A model generated the notes under the pieces. It was not told the origin of the DNA and did no database searches. It worked only from the letters and a program-made list of their open reading frames with translations. A stretch of 64,000 bases of DNA, from NCBI GenBank assembly GCA_009103225.1, contig RHPI01001616.1, positions 18,778 through 82,777 on the forward strand, written 5' to 3'. Both the position numbers and the translations under genes were made by a program. How positions within the stretch are numbered: the stretch's first letter is position 1; each line of letters begins with the position of its first letter. This stretch comes from Chlorokybus atmophyticus. Lineage: Eukaryota; Plantae; Mesostigma and Chlorokybus algae. This document shows positions 27,619-39,407 of this stretch, piece by piece.

Positions 27619-29139
27619 CGTCGCAGATTTTACACGGTGACTAACAAGGGACTGAGGGACTGACCCTGCCTGACCCTGCCTGACCCTACCTAACGTAACG
27701 GATTGGTCCATAAAGGGACTTTTTAGGACGGCCGTTACTATCAAGCAACATATACCGACGGCAAGCGGTCGACCGATAAGTACAATCGACGGCGGCCTGC
27801 CTGTGACGGCAACACCGCACTATACGGTGACGGCCGATTGTCGGTCGTCCCATTTGCGCGATGGCGACCTATCTGTATAGCAGATAAGTCACGTGTTGGT
27901 CACATACAGTGACGGCCGTTGAAAAGTATGCACGACGGCCTGCCTACTTTGGCAAGCCAGTCACCGTTAGTCCCTATCAGGTGACTTACCGCGTTTATTA
28001 AGTGACGGCCGATCGCTGGTCGTGCACTTAACGCGGCGGGGACCTACTTATTGTGTGTCAAGAATGATAAGCAAGTAACCGCCGGTCCCTAAAGGTCGGC
28101 AAGTCGGGACGGTGGTACAATGCAGCCGCCGTACTATGTCAAGTGCCATTGTCGCAATGGCACTATCGTACCATACTAATGGTACGATAGTGCCATTGCG
28201 ACAATGGTACTTGCGTACCATAATAATAATACGATAATGCCGTTGCGAGTCACATTTCGACAACGCGTTTGAATAACTTGGGCTGCCCAAGTTGTTCAAA
28301 CGCTCAACGGCTTCAAGTTGAACAGAGCGTTGTGGGCGGCAGCGGCGGCGGCGGCAACGGCTAACAGTAGGTGAGCTTGGTTGCTGTGTGACGTTGTACT
28401 ACGCGCAACACCGCATGCCATCTAACCACCCTCCTTGCCTTAGGGCGGCCAGGCCAGGCCAGGCTAGGCCAAACCGGGCCAGGCTAGGCCAGATCAGGCT
28501 AGGCGGCAGCAGCGGCGGCGGAGAAGGAACGGCGGCGGCGGAGCTGGAGCGGGCGATGCAGGAGCCGCAGCTCAATACAAGGGTAGTACTAGCAGTAGTA
28601 CCTAAGGTCATAGTAGCAGTAGTGGTAGTGGTAGCAGTAGTGGTAGTCTAGTTGTACTAGTCGTAGTAGCAGTAGCTCAGTATATTACATTGTAATTTAT
28701 TTATTCGTTTTTTATTTATGTCACGCATTCTTGCAGAGCTGATGACGACAATCACGTGTGACACCTAATCATGACTGAGCGGTACCAGCAGACACCTTTG
28801 AAGGTACACATCATTAACGGTAGGTACCTTAAGATACCTAACAATTTCGCTCAGTTAGCGTACAGTCGCCGGTAACTGACCTAACTGATAGGTACCGGTC
28901 AGTTACCTGTTAGTTAGGTCAAGTCCCCTTTGCTTAACTGTTGAGTACCTGACAGGTGCCTATTAAATAGGGTCAGTCCCTTTATGCAGATGGCCGCCAA
29001 CTAATGGTGACGGCCGTTATGCTCAGGTCCCTGTATCGAGATCGCCGGTAGACTGAAGGTTGACAGTCAAAGTGAGTATCCTCAGGTGCACGGCCGTTGC
29101 CAATACTCAGCCGGCCGGCAGGGGAAACATTTTGCGACG
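27619..29139. mobile_element. Non-autonomous TIR DNA transposon (1,521 bp) inserted in the integrase
   Basis: Ends CGTCGCAGAT... and ...TTTTGCGACG; 2-bp TSD TT. Removing the element plus one TT restores the integrase frame (INNYK-N-AKTGATPF). About 10 subterminal GACGGC(C) repeats; no ORF of note. Confidence 0.8.
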
Positions 29140-30014
29140 TTCTTGTAATTGTTTATTGCGAATTTTGCCACTTCGAGTAACTCCGCCCAATTATATTGTC
29201 GTTTACGTAGCATCGCAGCATGTCTTCAATCACGTGATTTGCGCGCTCCGTTTGGCCATCCGCTTGCGGATGGAATGACGTGCTGAACTTCAATGTGGTG
29301 CCCAACGCACTGTGCGGCGCCTCCCGAAAGCTACTTGTAAATCTAGGGTGCGATTCGTCACGATACTCCTTGGTAAGCCATGTGAGCGAAAGACATGCTT
29401 TAAAAACGATCGTGCTGCCTCCGGTGCAGTGCAACCCTCGCGACATGGAGCTAAGCGCACCATTTTACTTTACTTGTTTTATCCACGAACACCAGTATTG
29501 CGTCATACCCGGCACGTGTTTTTGGTAGTCCAACATTGAAGTTCATGACTTGCTCCCACTTGGATAATGGTATTGACAACGGTTGAAGTAGCCCACCTGG
29601 CTTCTGGTTACTGGCCTTCACTCTTTGACAAGTGCGCACAAGGCTATATATTCGCGCACGTCTCTATGCATCTCCCGCCAATAAAAACGATGCTTCAAGC
29701 TTGCTAGTGTCCTCTCTAGCCCTTGGTGTCTAGCAATAGGGACATTATGCGCTTCCTCCATCAAACGTACCCTCATCTGTTGGATGCTAGGGATGTACAT
29801 GCACCCGTGGTGCCAAAGAAGTCCGTCCTTCAATGCCCAGTGATCGCTTGCATCGGACCCTTTTCGTTTATAACTCTTGCACCTTGCTTCTTCCACATCT
29901 TCACGTAACATGTCCCGTATCTGGTCTACCCACTCACGCTGCATTTGCGCGAGGACCTCCATTGCATTCACCCGACTCAATGCATGCATCGGCCACATTG
30001 TTGGACGTACCGGG

Positions 30015-31034
30015 TGTAACGATACCACTCACTTACTTGCTGGACGGCTTGGCAAACTTATGCACAAGCACAAGGACTTACTTCCGGAAGCCCGACCAGC
30101 AACACACGGTGCAGTACCTTGAAGGGGAAGTCACAGCACCGCACCAAGGAAGGAGAGGATGCCACCAACCTCTCTACTCAGCTCCCACACACATGCACAC
30201 TCAAGCACACCCCACACACATGTGCAGAGCTGCCACAAGCATCACACCCCACATGGGATGAGAGGGAGAGCCCCTTGAACAACTAAACTAGGCACCCCAC
30301 ACACAAGAGTCGAGTATGCACATGCTGAGCCCCCTTCAACACTTGTTGAGGCCGTTCATATACCCCCTCTTTGCTGCTCTCTGACCTAGAACATCCAAGT
30401 CCAAGGCTACTTGCCTTGTCATGGCTGCGTTGACCACAACTCATGTCTAGGGCTGCCACATCAGCCCTTGGACCTCTTGTTTAATGTCCAAAACTGATCA
30501 CACATCAGCCTCGGACATTGTGAAGGTCCTTGGCTGGTCACATCAGCCTTGAACATCACAAACATCACCCTTGGGCAATATGAACATCCTTGGCTGGTCA
30601 TATCAGCCTAGGACATCACACACATGCATACATATGCATCCCTATGCATACATATGCGCGCATATGCACACATGCATACATATGCATCCCTATGCATACA
30701 TATGCGCATGCATGCATACACATGCATACATCTAGTACGTACCTCATATCCTCATATATGCACTTATATGCGGACATATGCACACACAAACATATGCACA
30801 CACATGCGGACACATGGCCATGTCTCAATGGTACCGACTAGCTCTGTGCTTGCTGATATGCAATACGTTGTGTAGTTTATCTCACTCAAGGCCTCATAGG
30901 CTCAAGAGCAGACCACGTGAGAGCCACGCCACAAGCACTACACATGCTTATGACATGGAAAACGCACCCGGTCTTAACTTACATACATATGTAAGGAATA
31001 GAGAATGATTTTAGCCAGCCTTATAGGCGTGACA
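30015..31034. mobile_element. Solo LTR (1,020 bp) of another family, inserted at the RNaseH-integrase linker
   Basis: TGTAAC...GTGACA with perfect TSD CCGGG (30010-30014 and 31035-31039). Excision rejoins IKYKPG to TSNNVADA. Internal CACATCAGCC/CTTGGCTGGTCA repeats. Confidence 0.88.
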
Positions 31035-33196
31035 CCGGGCTTGTACTTGATGTCAAAGTCGAAAAGCTGAAAGAACTCCAACCATCGTGCTTGTCTCCAA
31101 CTTATATGAGGCTGTGTTTGTAAGTACCTCAGTGGTCAATGATCCATCTCAAAGCACGAACTTCTTGCCTTTTGGGAAACAACGCTATTGTCGTAGTGCC
31201 ATTACTTGCGCCAAGAGCTCCTTCTCGTGCACGGGGTAGTTCAGCTCCACATCACTCAATGTCTTGCTAAAGAACGCCACTGGTTGAAGGCCGTTGCCGT
31301 GGTCTTGCTGCAAAAGAGCCCCTATAGTTGTGTCAGACGCGTCGCAAGCAAAAACGAAGGGCTTTTGCATGTCACGGTGAACCCAGACTGGTGCCTTCGT
31401 TAATGCCTGCTTTAACGTCAAAAATGTACGCTCTTCGCTTGCAGGCCAGCTCCAAGGCTTTCCTTTCTTGAGAGAGGTGGTTAAAGGTGCCGCGACATCC
31501 GAAAGTCTCATAATGAACTTGCGATAAAAGCCGGCAAGGCCAAAAAATGAAATCACCTCCTTTACATTGGTCGGGGCTGGCCAGTCACGCTCCGCTGAAT
31601 CCTGCTTGGGTCGGGTTTTTATTCCCTCACGCGATACAGTATGGCCAAGGTACTCCACCTCCTCAAGCAAGAACTTGCACTTCTCCAGCTGAGCATTCAA
31701 CTTATGCTCCTTTAAACGCTGCAACACGCACGTTAAAAGTCGTATGTGCTTCTGTTTATCTACGAATACACCAAAATGTGATTGAGGTAGATGAGCACTC
31801 CCTTGCCAATCAAGTCAGCAAAGACTCCGTTCATCAGGCCTTTAAAAGTTGCCGTGCGTTTGGTAAGGCCAAAAGACATCACCACCCACTCGTAGTGACC
31901 GTAACGTGAACTAAAAGTAGTCTTCTCCACGTCTTCCTGCGCAACGCGGATCTGGTGATACCCCCCCGCAAGATTCGGTGTCGTAAAGTATTACGCACCT
32001 TGTAGCTGCTCCAGCACCTCATCAATTCGCGGTAGTGAAAAGCGATTCTTTTTCGTAATGTTGTTGAGAGCGCGATAGTCCACACACATGCGCAGTCCAC
32101 CGTTCTTCCTCACGGACAAGATAGGCGCACCATTTGAAGACTTACTGGGTTGAATGTAGCCGCGCTTGAGCAAGTCCGCTACTTGTCGCTCCGCCTCTTC
32201 AAGCTCCAAAGGTGACAACTTGTATACGGGCCGGTAAGGTGGCTTGTGTACGCCCTCAACGAGCTCTATTACATGGTCTAAATTGCTTAGAGGTGGTAGA
32301 CCGGGTGGTAGCCCGTCCACCATGATGTCCTTGAATTCCTTCAACAGTTCACGCACCTTGGGGTCTGTTGTAGCCTTCGCTTTGCTGGCGATCTGATGTG
32401 CTGTCTTGATCGCTTGCTCGCGCACCACGCACAACCATGCACCTTTCGACTTTCGTGGGGATGGCAATTTCCTTAACTCCGCGTACAACACCTGAGGAAT
32501 TGCAGACATACCGGATTGTTTACCTCTTCCGGAGTCCACTCCCGCAATGCTTGCATTTTTCTTTGCCGTGATCGCCCCGCGTTGACCCGACGCAGCTGCA
32601 CAACCGCCCATGCCATCGTCGCTGGGGTGGTCTTCAGCTTTAATGGGGCAATTGAGTAAGCCATGTATGGTCTCTCCACGAATGATGAGCACGTGTCGCT
32701 TTCAATCGATGCTTGGTTTGTGTTTATGTAGCCACGGTAGACCCAAAAATCCATCGAACCCGTTCCTCAATGTGATGCAGCAAAATTGCATATGCTCACT
32801 CACTTGATCAATGCAGATTTGCAGCTCTTTGGTCATGAATGACGTTCCGAAGAACTGAGTCAGCCTCGAAAGGTTCTCTTCCATCAGCGCGCTTGACTTC
32901 TCCTCCACGCAGCGGCGAGAGCCATTCGATTCGCCGTGCAACAACTTCCGCCATGAGATTGCTATTTGCTCCACTATCAATTATCAACTTGCACTCTCTC
33001 CATCTTCCTCCACAGTCTCAAATGCGTGCTCGGACTCCTAAGTACTTTCGTGCTTCTTCACTAGCATAACTCACCACCATATGAGTATACATCGGTACCA
33101 TGCCTCCGTGGTCATGAGTCTCCTCGCTTGAGCAATGTGTTGGACTGTCCGGGCATGCTTGCGGCTTCTTCCCATCCTCAGTAGTAGCCTCTGCAC

Positions 33197-34225
33197 CTAT
33201 TGAGGGCAGCCGTTTCCCTGCCGCACGCCGTTTTGCTCCATTGCGTTCACAATGTTGCGACGCATGTCTCGAATTGGCGCATCTCCTCGCGCTCTCCTTG
33301 GACAGTTGAAGGCCAGATTTTCGGTCGAGTCACACACGTAACACTTACGCACAGCACCAGCTGGACGCCGCTCAGTAGTCCTTCTCATACCCTTTCGCGC
33401 ATCGATCGCACCCAGCTCCATTGGTGTGCGTCCCGAGCTAGCCCCATGCTGATGTGTGGGTGTAAAAGCCGACTCTCTGCCCCTCCAAGCACGCACAAAG
33501 CCTTCTCCTGCCTGGTTGCTTGGCCTGCGTTGATGGTCACGCCTCCACTTGAAATTTGATGTCGTTGTCCTGAAATATAATGCATCCATGCGCTCCGCAA
33601 TGCGTATCGCCTCGGCTACCGTTTTTTTGTCATAGAGCTCCACTTCCTTACGACCAAGAAGCTTTAAACCACGGTGTACCTCCAGCTGCTCCTCCTCGGT
33701 CAGGTTGGGAATGGACATCACCAAACGCTGAAACGCAGCTGTGTACGCCATTGCCGACTTGGTTTGCACAAGCGTCGCAAGTTGATTGCGCGCGGCCTTC
33801 ACGCTCTCCACGGGAACAGATTGATGCCTGACCTCTGCTGCCAACTCTTTCATTGTAGACAATGGTGCCTCCAACCCACTTGCAACACGCATACACCAAT
33901 GCCTCCACCATACATGCGCAGCTCCTTCCAGCAACGTTGCCCCCACCTCTGCATGTTAAGGCGCTGGCACCTCTGTAAGCTTCAGCCAAGAAGACACTTG
34001 AAAGACCCACTCATCTACTGCATCTCCATCTCGATGACCCTTGAATGGCTTTGGCTATTGCACCTTCGCATGCACGCGCGAGCTCGACACCATGGGAACT
34101 TGTGCGTGCGCCGTTGCACGCTCGTGCGCCTCGCGTTGTGCTTGTGCAGCCGCTTGCATGTGATGAAGCTCTTCTCGCAATGCTAGGATTGCACCTTGAA
34201 GCTCCTCAACACGGACATCCTCCAT
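33197..34225 (-). pseudogene. Retrotransposon gag with degenerate zinc knuckle and two in-frame stops
   Basis: MEDVRVEELQG...PKPFKG..DEWVFQV...ATLLEGAAHVWW...ARNQLATLVQTKSAMAYTAAFQRL...CYVCDSTENLAFNC. Confidence 0.85.
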
Positions 34226-34316
34226 CTCCACAAATACACTACACTCCGCTTACAAAGTAAAAGTGTAAACGCTCACACTTCCTCTCTCACCTTCGTAAAC
34301 CGAGCTCCGATACCAG

Positions 34317-34669
34317 TATTCACGGTGCTCGTGCCTTGTCACCTGTGAGTTGGTCCAATCAACAACCCTCACACCAAAAGACACGGTATTCACACCGGAA
34401 TCTTTAGCTCCCTAGTTTCTTGTGTGCAAGCCTGGTGGTGGTTAGCAGGGGTTGCTAGCGTGTGTCCACTGGTGTGTGCTTGCTTGTGTGACGATCCAAG
34501 GCGCTACACGAGTCGGTGTGTAGCTTCGAGCGCATGCGCGTGCGTACGTGAGTGGGGGGCGCGTGTGTGCTTGGCAGAGGGGGCAAGGTTCCGGTGTGAA
34601 TACTGTGTCTTGGGGAGAGGGTTGTTGATTGGATCAACTCACAGGTGACAAGGCACGAGCACCGTCACA
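34317..34669 (-). repeat. Rearranged 5' terminus of the gypsy element: inverted U5-side copy plus an ~80-bp direct U5 copy before the PBS
   Basis: 34399-34669 is the reverse complement of 26286-26556. 34321-34400 is a direct copy of ~26290-26368. The U3-side 26557-26947 has no counterpart here. Confidence 0.85.
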
Positions 34670-37487
34670 GGTCCGCCCGCGACCTTTTGGATCCGGCCAT
34701 CCTCACCGTGCGACCTGCCATTGCGGCGCGACCGCTCATGCGATCATAGGTTGAACTGGCTAGGCGCGTTGCGAACCTGCGCCCAGCCTAGGGCAAGCCG
34801 CCTCAGATGTTTTTTGCCCTTGGATCTGCCTCAGTCCCCTACGAGACTTGAACCTGAGACGTCAAGCTCCGTTACCATTGTAACAAGTGGGCTCCAACCA
34901 CTAGGCTATGGTCGCAAAAGACGATACCATGAGTGAGGTCTGTCGCAATTTATCCCAAAATGTGCCAGCACACATGCACGCAAAAGTACACGCACGCATG
35001 CCGTGCGTGCGTGCGTGCGTGTACCTTGCTGCTAAAGAAGTTGAGTACGTGCACATACTCAGCTTCTTAAGCATCTACACAAACATTTTACGCTTAAAAC
35101 ATCAACAATAGCATTTAAGAAAAGTGTGAGTATCAAATAAAGAGAATAAACTATGAAGGCGACGGTGGGCGAGGGCGACAGCCATGGCGACGGCGTCAGC
35201 GAAGGCACCCCCGAGTGCTTATGGACATACGCCACTCCGCTCGACGTGTTCTCATAGTAATGCTTTTTAAATTCTTGGATTGCTGCGTCGTTATCTATGC
35301 GCAACTGTGAAATATTTTACCGTGCTTTTGCTACGACCTTGTGTGCATCGTAGAGGCTTAATTGCAAAGCAAATTTTGAAAGCAAAAATACAAACAATGC
35401 CGACCTTTGATCTACTTACGGTCGCGGCATACCCGGCAGTGCGGTGACTGGCATGACGTTGACGAACTGGATCAACCTTTGCAGATAAAAACTGGTCTTT
35501 TGTGCTGTTGACTGTTTCAGGGACTGTGCGCGCTTAGCCTCCCGCTGGTCGCTCGCCCCAACCTGGTTATACTACTACTCGCCAAGGGCGGACGAGCTTG
35601 CAGCAGCCTGCATTGTTGGCCCCGTGAGCGCCATGCCAATTGCAAGCGTGGTCATCGCTGCGGCTGCAGCGGTGGCGGCGGAGGCGGCCGCGAGGAGAAC
35701 CTTAGGAGGGACCCCGAAACCGGCCTTCACCCATCCACCCGGCCATCTACCCTAAGTTCGTTGACGCCAACGCCACCGACCACCCAGGCGGCCACGGCGC
35801 AGACCCTAACTGAAACAATCCCCCCCCCCAAAGATGAGATGGGCGCTAAACAGGGTTTCGTACGATAGTTCGCAACCAAATAAAAGTGCCGCCGCCGCCT
35901 GCAAGCTCACGCCATTGCCGTTACGTTAAAGAGCTTGCGCACTGCTAGCGGATATGTGTGACAGTAGTAAAGCACGTTGCATTTTTGAAGCTAGCATGGT
36001 ATTAGATATGTATACGCATAACATTGCCGGTGTCATAATACATACATATATACTATATTGACAAGACATGTGTGAAAAACTTGAGATCCAAAGCCTATCG
36101 TGCTTTGTAATGGTGGGGTTTGAGGGGAATTTATTAAGAAAGAGAGATAAGCGGAAGCAATCAACAAATGTGATTTAAATAGGAGGCTTACTTGCGAGCA
36201 TATTAATGATCTAATGCAATATGGCAGCGTGTTGAAACATATGCCTTAATTATGGGTTGCTAAATCAGAGGCGCAAAAACTCATTTCACTTATAACTAGT
36301 TGCGACGCGTTGCTGGCATGGCAATATGCATGTTATTCCTACTCCTGTGCATCATATACAAACAACTTCAAATGTCAATAGAACCTTGTGTGTTGTTGCT
36401 AAACTCCTATCCCTGGCCTGGTTCGGAAGGGAGTTTAATGCAGACTCGGACAGATTGATGATGTGGTTATGTAAGTAGTTATAAGTTATGATATGATCAA
36501 CCGTAGTTCCACCGTAAAATATGTAATTACATCAAGAAACCCACATTGCATCAGATCATATTAATGATACAGATTATTGCCCTTCTTCCTTAAGGGGCCT
36601 CTGCTTTTTACAATCTCAAAGCAACGTATCGAGCCATAATAAAGGTAGTAATCATAAACCCAACGCATTTGAAAAGAATCGTGTACTTTAAGCCTGATGA
36701 CAATCGGACTAAACGGTTTGTTTGAGGTTGTAGGCTAGGATTTGCAAATGTACGCTTGTGGCTACTTTTAAGTTCATTTGCAGCTGCAGATTTACAATGG
36801 TTACTTTGCAAAGATATATTGTGATGTCCTTGACAAGCAATGCTCGTATGATGTCCATTGGAATATGCATAACAAGAGATGTGGTGATTGATGCACTTTA
36901 TTGTGACGAGCCCCGCTGATGTTTTTAACCCCAATCATGGGTCATGCATTAAATTGATGCGCATGCGCATCAATTTAATGCATGACCCATGATACGCACA
37001 CATCATCTTCCGTTCAATTTGTGTCGACATAAGGAAAGGATCATGTTTTCTGCCTCTTTGTAGAGTTCGCACTCGCATTGACCATGGCCCTCCTACATAC
37101 GGGTAAGGTGTACAATTGTTGGATGCTACCATGCATGCTTCTACATAGGGTGTCAACAGTAATAAACCAAGCGGTGTTAACTGCCGTACTTCTCCACGAT
37201 ACGCTTCATAGTTGAAAACCACAGCATATATATGTAAATATGTACACAGACAGCTCTGGTCACTGAAGGAAGGCAAGAATGAGCAATGAAAACTGGTTCA
37301 TGTCCTCCACGTTGGCACACACCTTTGGGGTCATGGACTACACGACCAACAAACGCGCATGCCAGCCAACAACCACGTGAATTTGCACAGCCAACATTGC
37401 TGCACTCCAACACAGATGAGCCCATCTCACCATAACTGAATGGTATCAGCTGACAGCCAATTACTCCAACGTGTACGACAACGTACG

Positions 37488-39407
37488 TCAGTCTTGCATT
37501 GGTTCAGGCTCATCTTCAACAACAGGCCCATCAGCAGGCGGAACCTCAGGCTCGGCTCCCTGGGCACCCGGAACGTCTGGTGCATCAGCAGCTGGCATCT
37601 CAGCATCAGGTGCTGGCGGTGGTGCACCGCCAGCAGCAGCATCGGCATTCAACTTCTCAATGTACGGCTTGATGTCCTCTCCCTCAATGATCTTGAATGG
37701 CTGATCCTTACCTGTGCGTGTTGTGCAAAGTCAGAACGGGCCACAAGTGTTACATCACAACATCACAACATGCGTGCCTGCCTGCATGCACGCGTGTTGG
37801 GGGTGGGTGGATGGGTGGGGATGGAAGGATGTGGGTGGGTGCGTGCATGTGTGCCTGTGTGTGCGTGCGCATGCACGGGCATGCTTGCTTGTCTATTCAT
37901 GTGTGTAATCGTGCCTGTGCAGGCGAGCATAGGTCGTGAGCATATGCATGTGTGCAAGCAGCATATGACAACATGTGTTCGGTGTTCAGGTACTTACCAA
38001 CGATTGCAATGGTAGAGTTGCCTGTGGTGAGTTTGCCATCTGCTACTGACTCCTTGAGGGCGCGCAGTCCGTGCATGATTAACTCCTCTAGCGTACACTC
38101 CTTGAACGTCTCAAACTTCCGTTCCAAGTAGGTTTTTGACGCCTGCGATCTGCTCCCGATCGCCATAGCCAAGCACTCAAAATAGTTGCCTGATGGACAG
38201 GTCTGAAACAAATGTGGGCCTGTCTTATCGTGACCAGCAACTAGAAGGCCAACCCCATACGGCCGCTTTGATGCTCGCTGCGTTGATACCTGCAGTGCGA
38301 CAACAACAACTTACTTACTGTAGTCACTTAGTCACAGAACATAATAATGCAATGCTAAAGCAAATGCGTCCCGCTGAGCAACGAATGGCACAATATGCAC
38401 TCCATGAAGAGCTAACAAGCAAGCCTTGCACATGGCAGGAAAGTTACATACTCCTAAATGCTAAAGGTTACCTGGGACCTGTCTGCGAGTTGAAGCACTA
38501 ACCGCCCAACAGGGAAGGGCGATTCGTACACAAACTTGTGGTTTATGCACTCGTTGCGCATGTACTGAGAAAGCACGCGTCCATCTGCATTCAAACCCGC
38601 GATGGCTATCCCCAGATGAGTGTCGATCTGCCAAGCAAGCACTGTTTACGAAAACCGCTGGTTGGGCAAGGGTTTCACAACTGGGCTACTAGCATGCAAA
38701 CCCTGATGTAATGGCTTTGGATTGAGAAGCACGCCAGAATTTGCATCATTTGCAATGACTGTGCGGTGGAGAAAATGCACACAGCTGCTTTGTCATGAAT
38801 ACAACTACCAGTGGACAAAGACACAGTGAAGCAGCTTTGAGCAAAAGAACATGGCGTTGAAATCAATCAATAAAGTGTTTGCTGCCGCTACACAGCCTGC
38901 CTTTGGACACCACCGTGCACCTTGACTATGCATACTGAAAGGAGCTGATAGTAGCAAGAGTGACTTTGCAGGAGAAGCCATCATGTTGATTTCTTTCTTT
39001 GACTCACTGCATATTGCAAGCGCCAATCTATATCCCAAAATGACGCAAGCACGCCGAATAAAGCGACACTGATAGGAACTGATAGCCAAAAATATGCTTA
39101 CTATTACCGGCATTGCCGACGCCGACATGCACGTAATTCTGCTGCTTTTGTCTTGAGAAGTTCAGACTAGGCACAGAAAGAGTGGAGGTAATGAACTCAG
39201 GAATGCTTCTACCTCAACGAGCTTGCGCTGATAGGACGACATCTCCCCGGCGTCACGTTTGATTGAAGTGAGGACGATGTGGTCCTTTCCCTGCAGGCCC
39301 ACGGCGCAGCTGCCCTGCTTCACCGCCTCCATGGCGTACTCTATCTGGTGCAGCCGCCCCGCTGGCGACCATGTGGTGACGTCCGTGTCATACTGGTTGC
39401 GGAACAT
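37488..39407 (-). CDS. PSMA1: 20S proteasome subunit alpha type-1 (alpha6, plant PAF)
   Basis: [33 protein letters not shown]...[20 protein letters not shown]...[11 protein letters not shown]...CPSGNY...[14 protein letters not shown]; acidic tail ending at 37488. Confidence 0.96.

Larger units (their letters stand above)
26962..33000 (-). pseudogene. Retrotransposon pol (PR-RT-RNaseH-integrase-chromodomain), frameshifted and interrupted by two insertions
   Basis: RT: LRMCVDYRALNNITKKNRFSLPRID. RNase H: FACDASD..IGALL..PVAFFSK..YPVHEKELLA, RQARWLEFF..IKYKPG. Integrase: GLLQPLSIP, FSTSFHPQADGQTERAN, QNRQKQYAD, WLGPFKVIK. Chromodomain: EVEDIV..KYLVKWKGYP..AT*EPEEHL (W to stop at ~27060). Confidence 0.9.
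26286..34669 (-). mobile_element. Ty3/gypsy chromovirus, decayed, with inverted outer termini
   Basis: gag-PR-RT-RNaseH-INT-chromodomain order on the minus strand. PBS TGGTATCGGAGC (revcomp of 34304-34315); PPT AGGGAGGGAGGAG directly before TGTAACA at 26947. Termini TGTGACGG...CCGTCACA with TSD GGTCT/GGTCC (26281-26285 and 34670-34674). Confidence 0.9.
26104..34967 (-). mobile_element. TRIM-like miniature LTR retrotransposon (~475 bp when the insert is removed), split by the gypsy insertion
   Basis: 89-bp direct repeats at 26104-26192 and 34879-34967 (TGTAAC...GTG[A/C]CA, ~90% identical). Perfect 5-bp TSD GCACA at 26099-26103 and 34968-34972. PBS TGGTAACGGAGC (revcomp of 34866-34877); short PPT GAGAGGAA (revcomp of 26193-26200). 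Confidence 0.85.

Noticed and set aside
26286-34669. DIRS-type retrotransposon as the explanation for the inverted termini
   Set aside because: The element has a DDE integrase, chromodomain, PBS, PPT and 5-bp TSD, and no tyrosine recombinase was seen.
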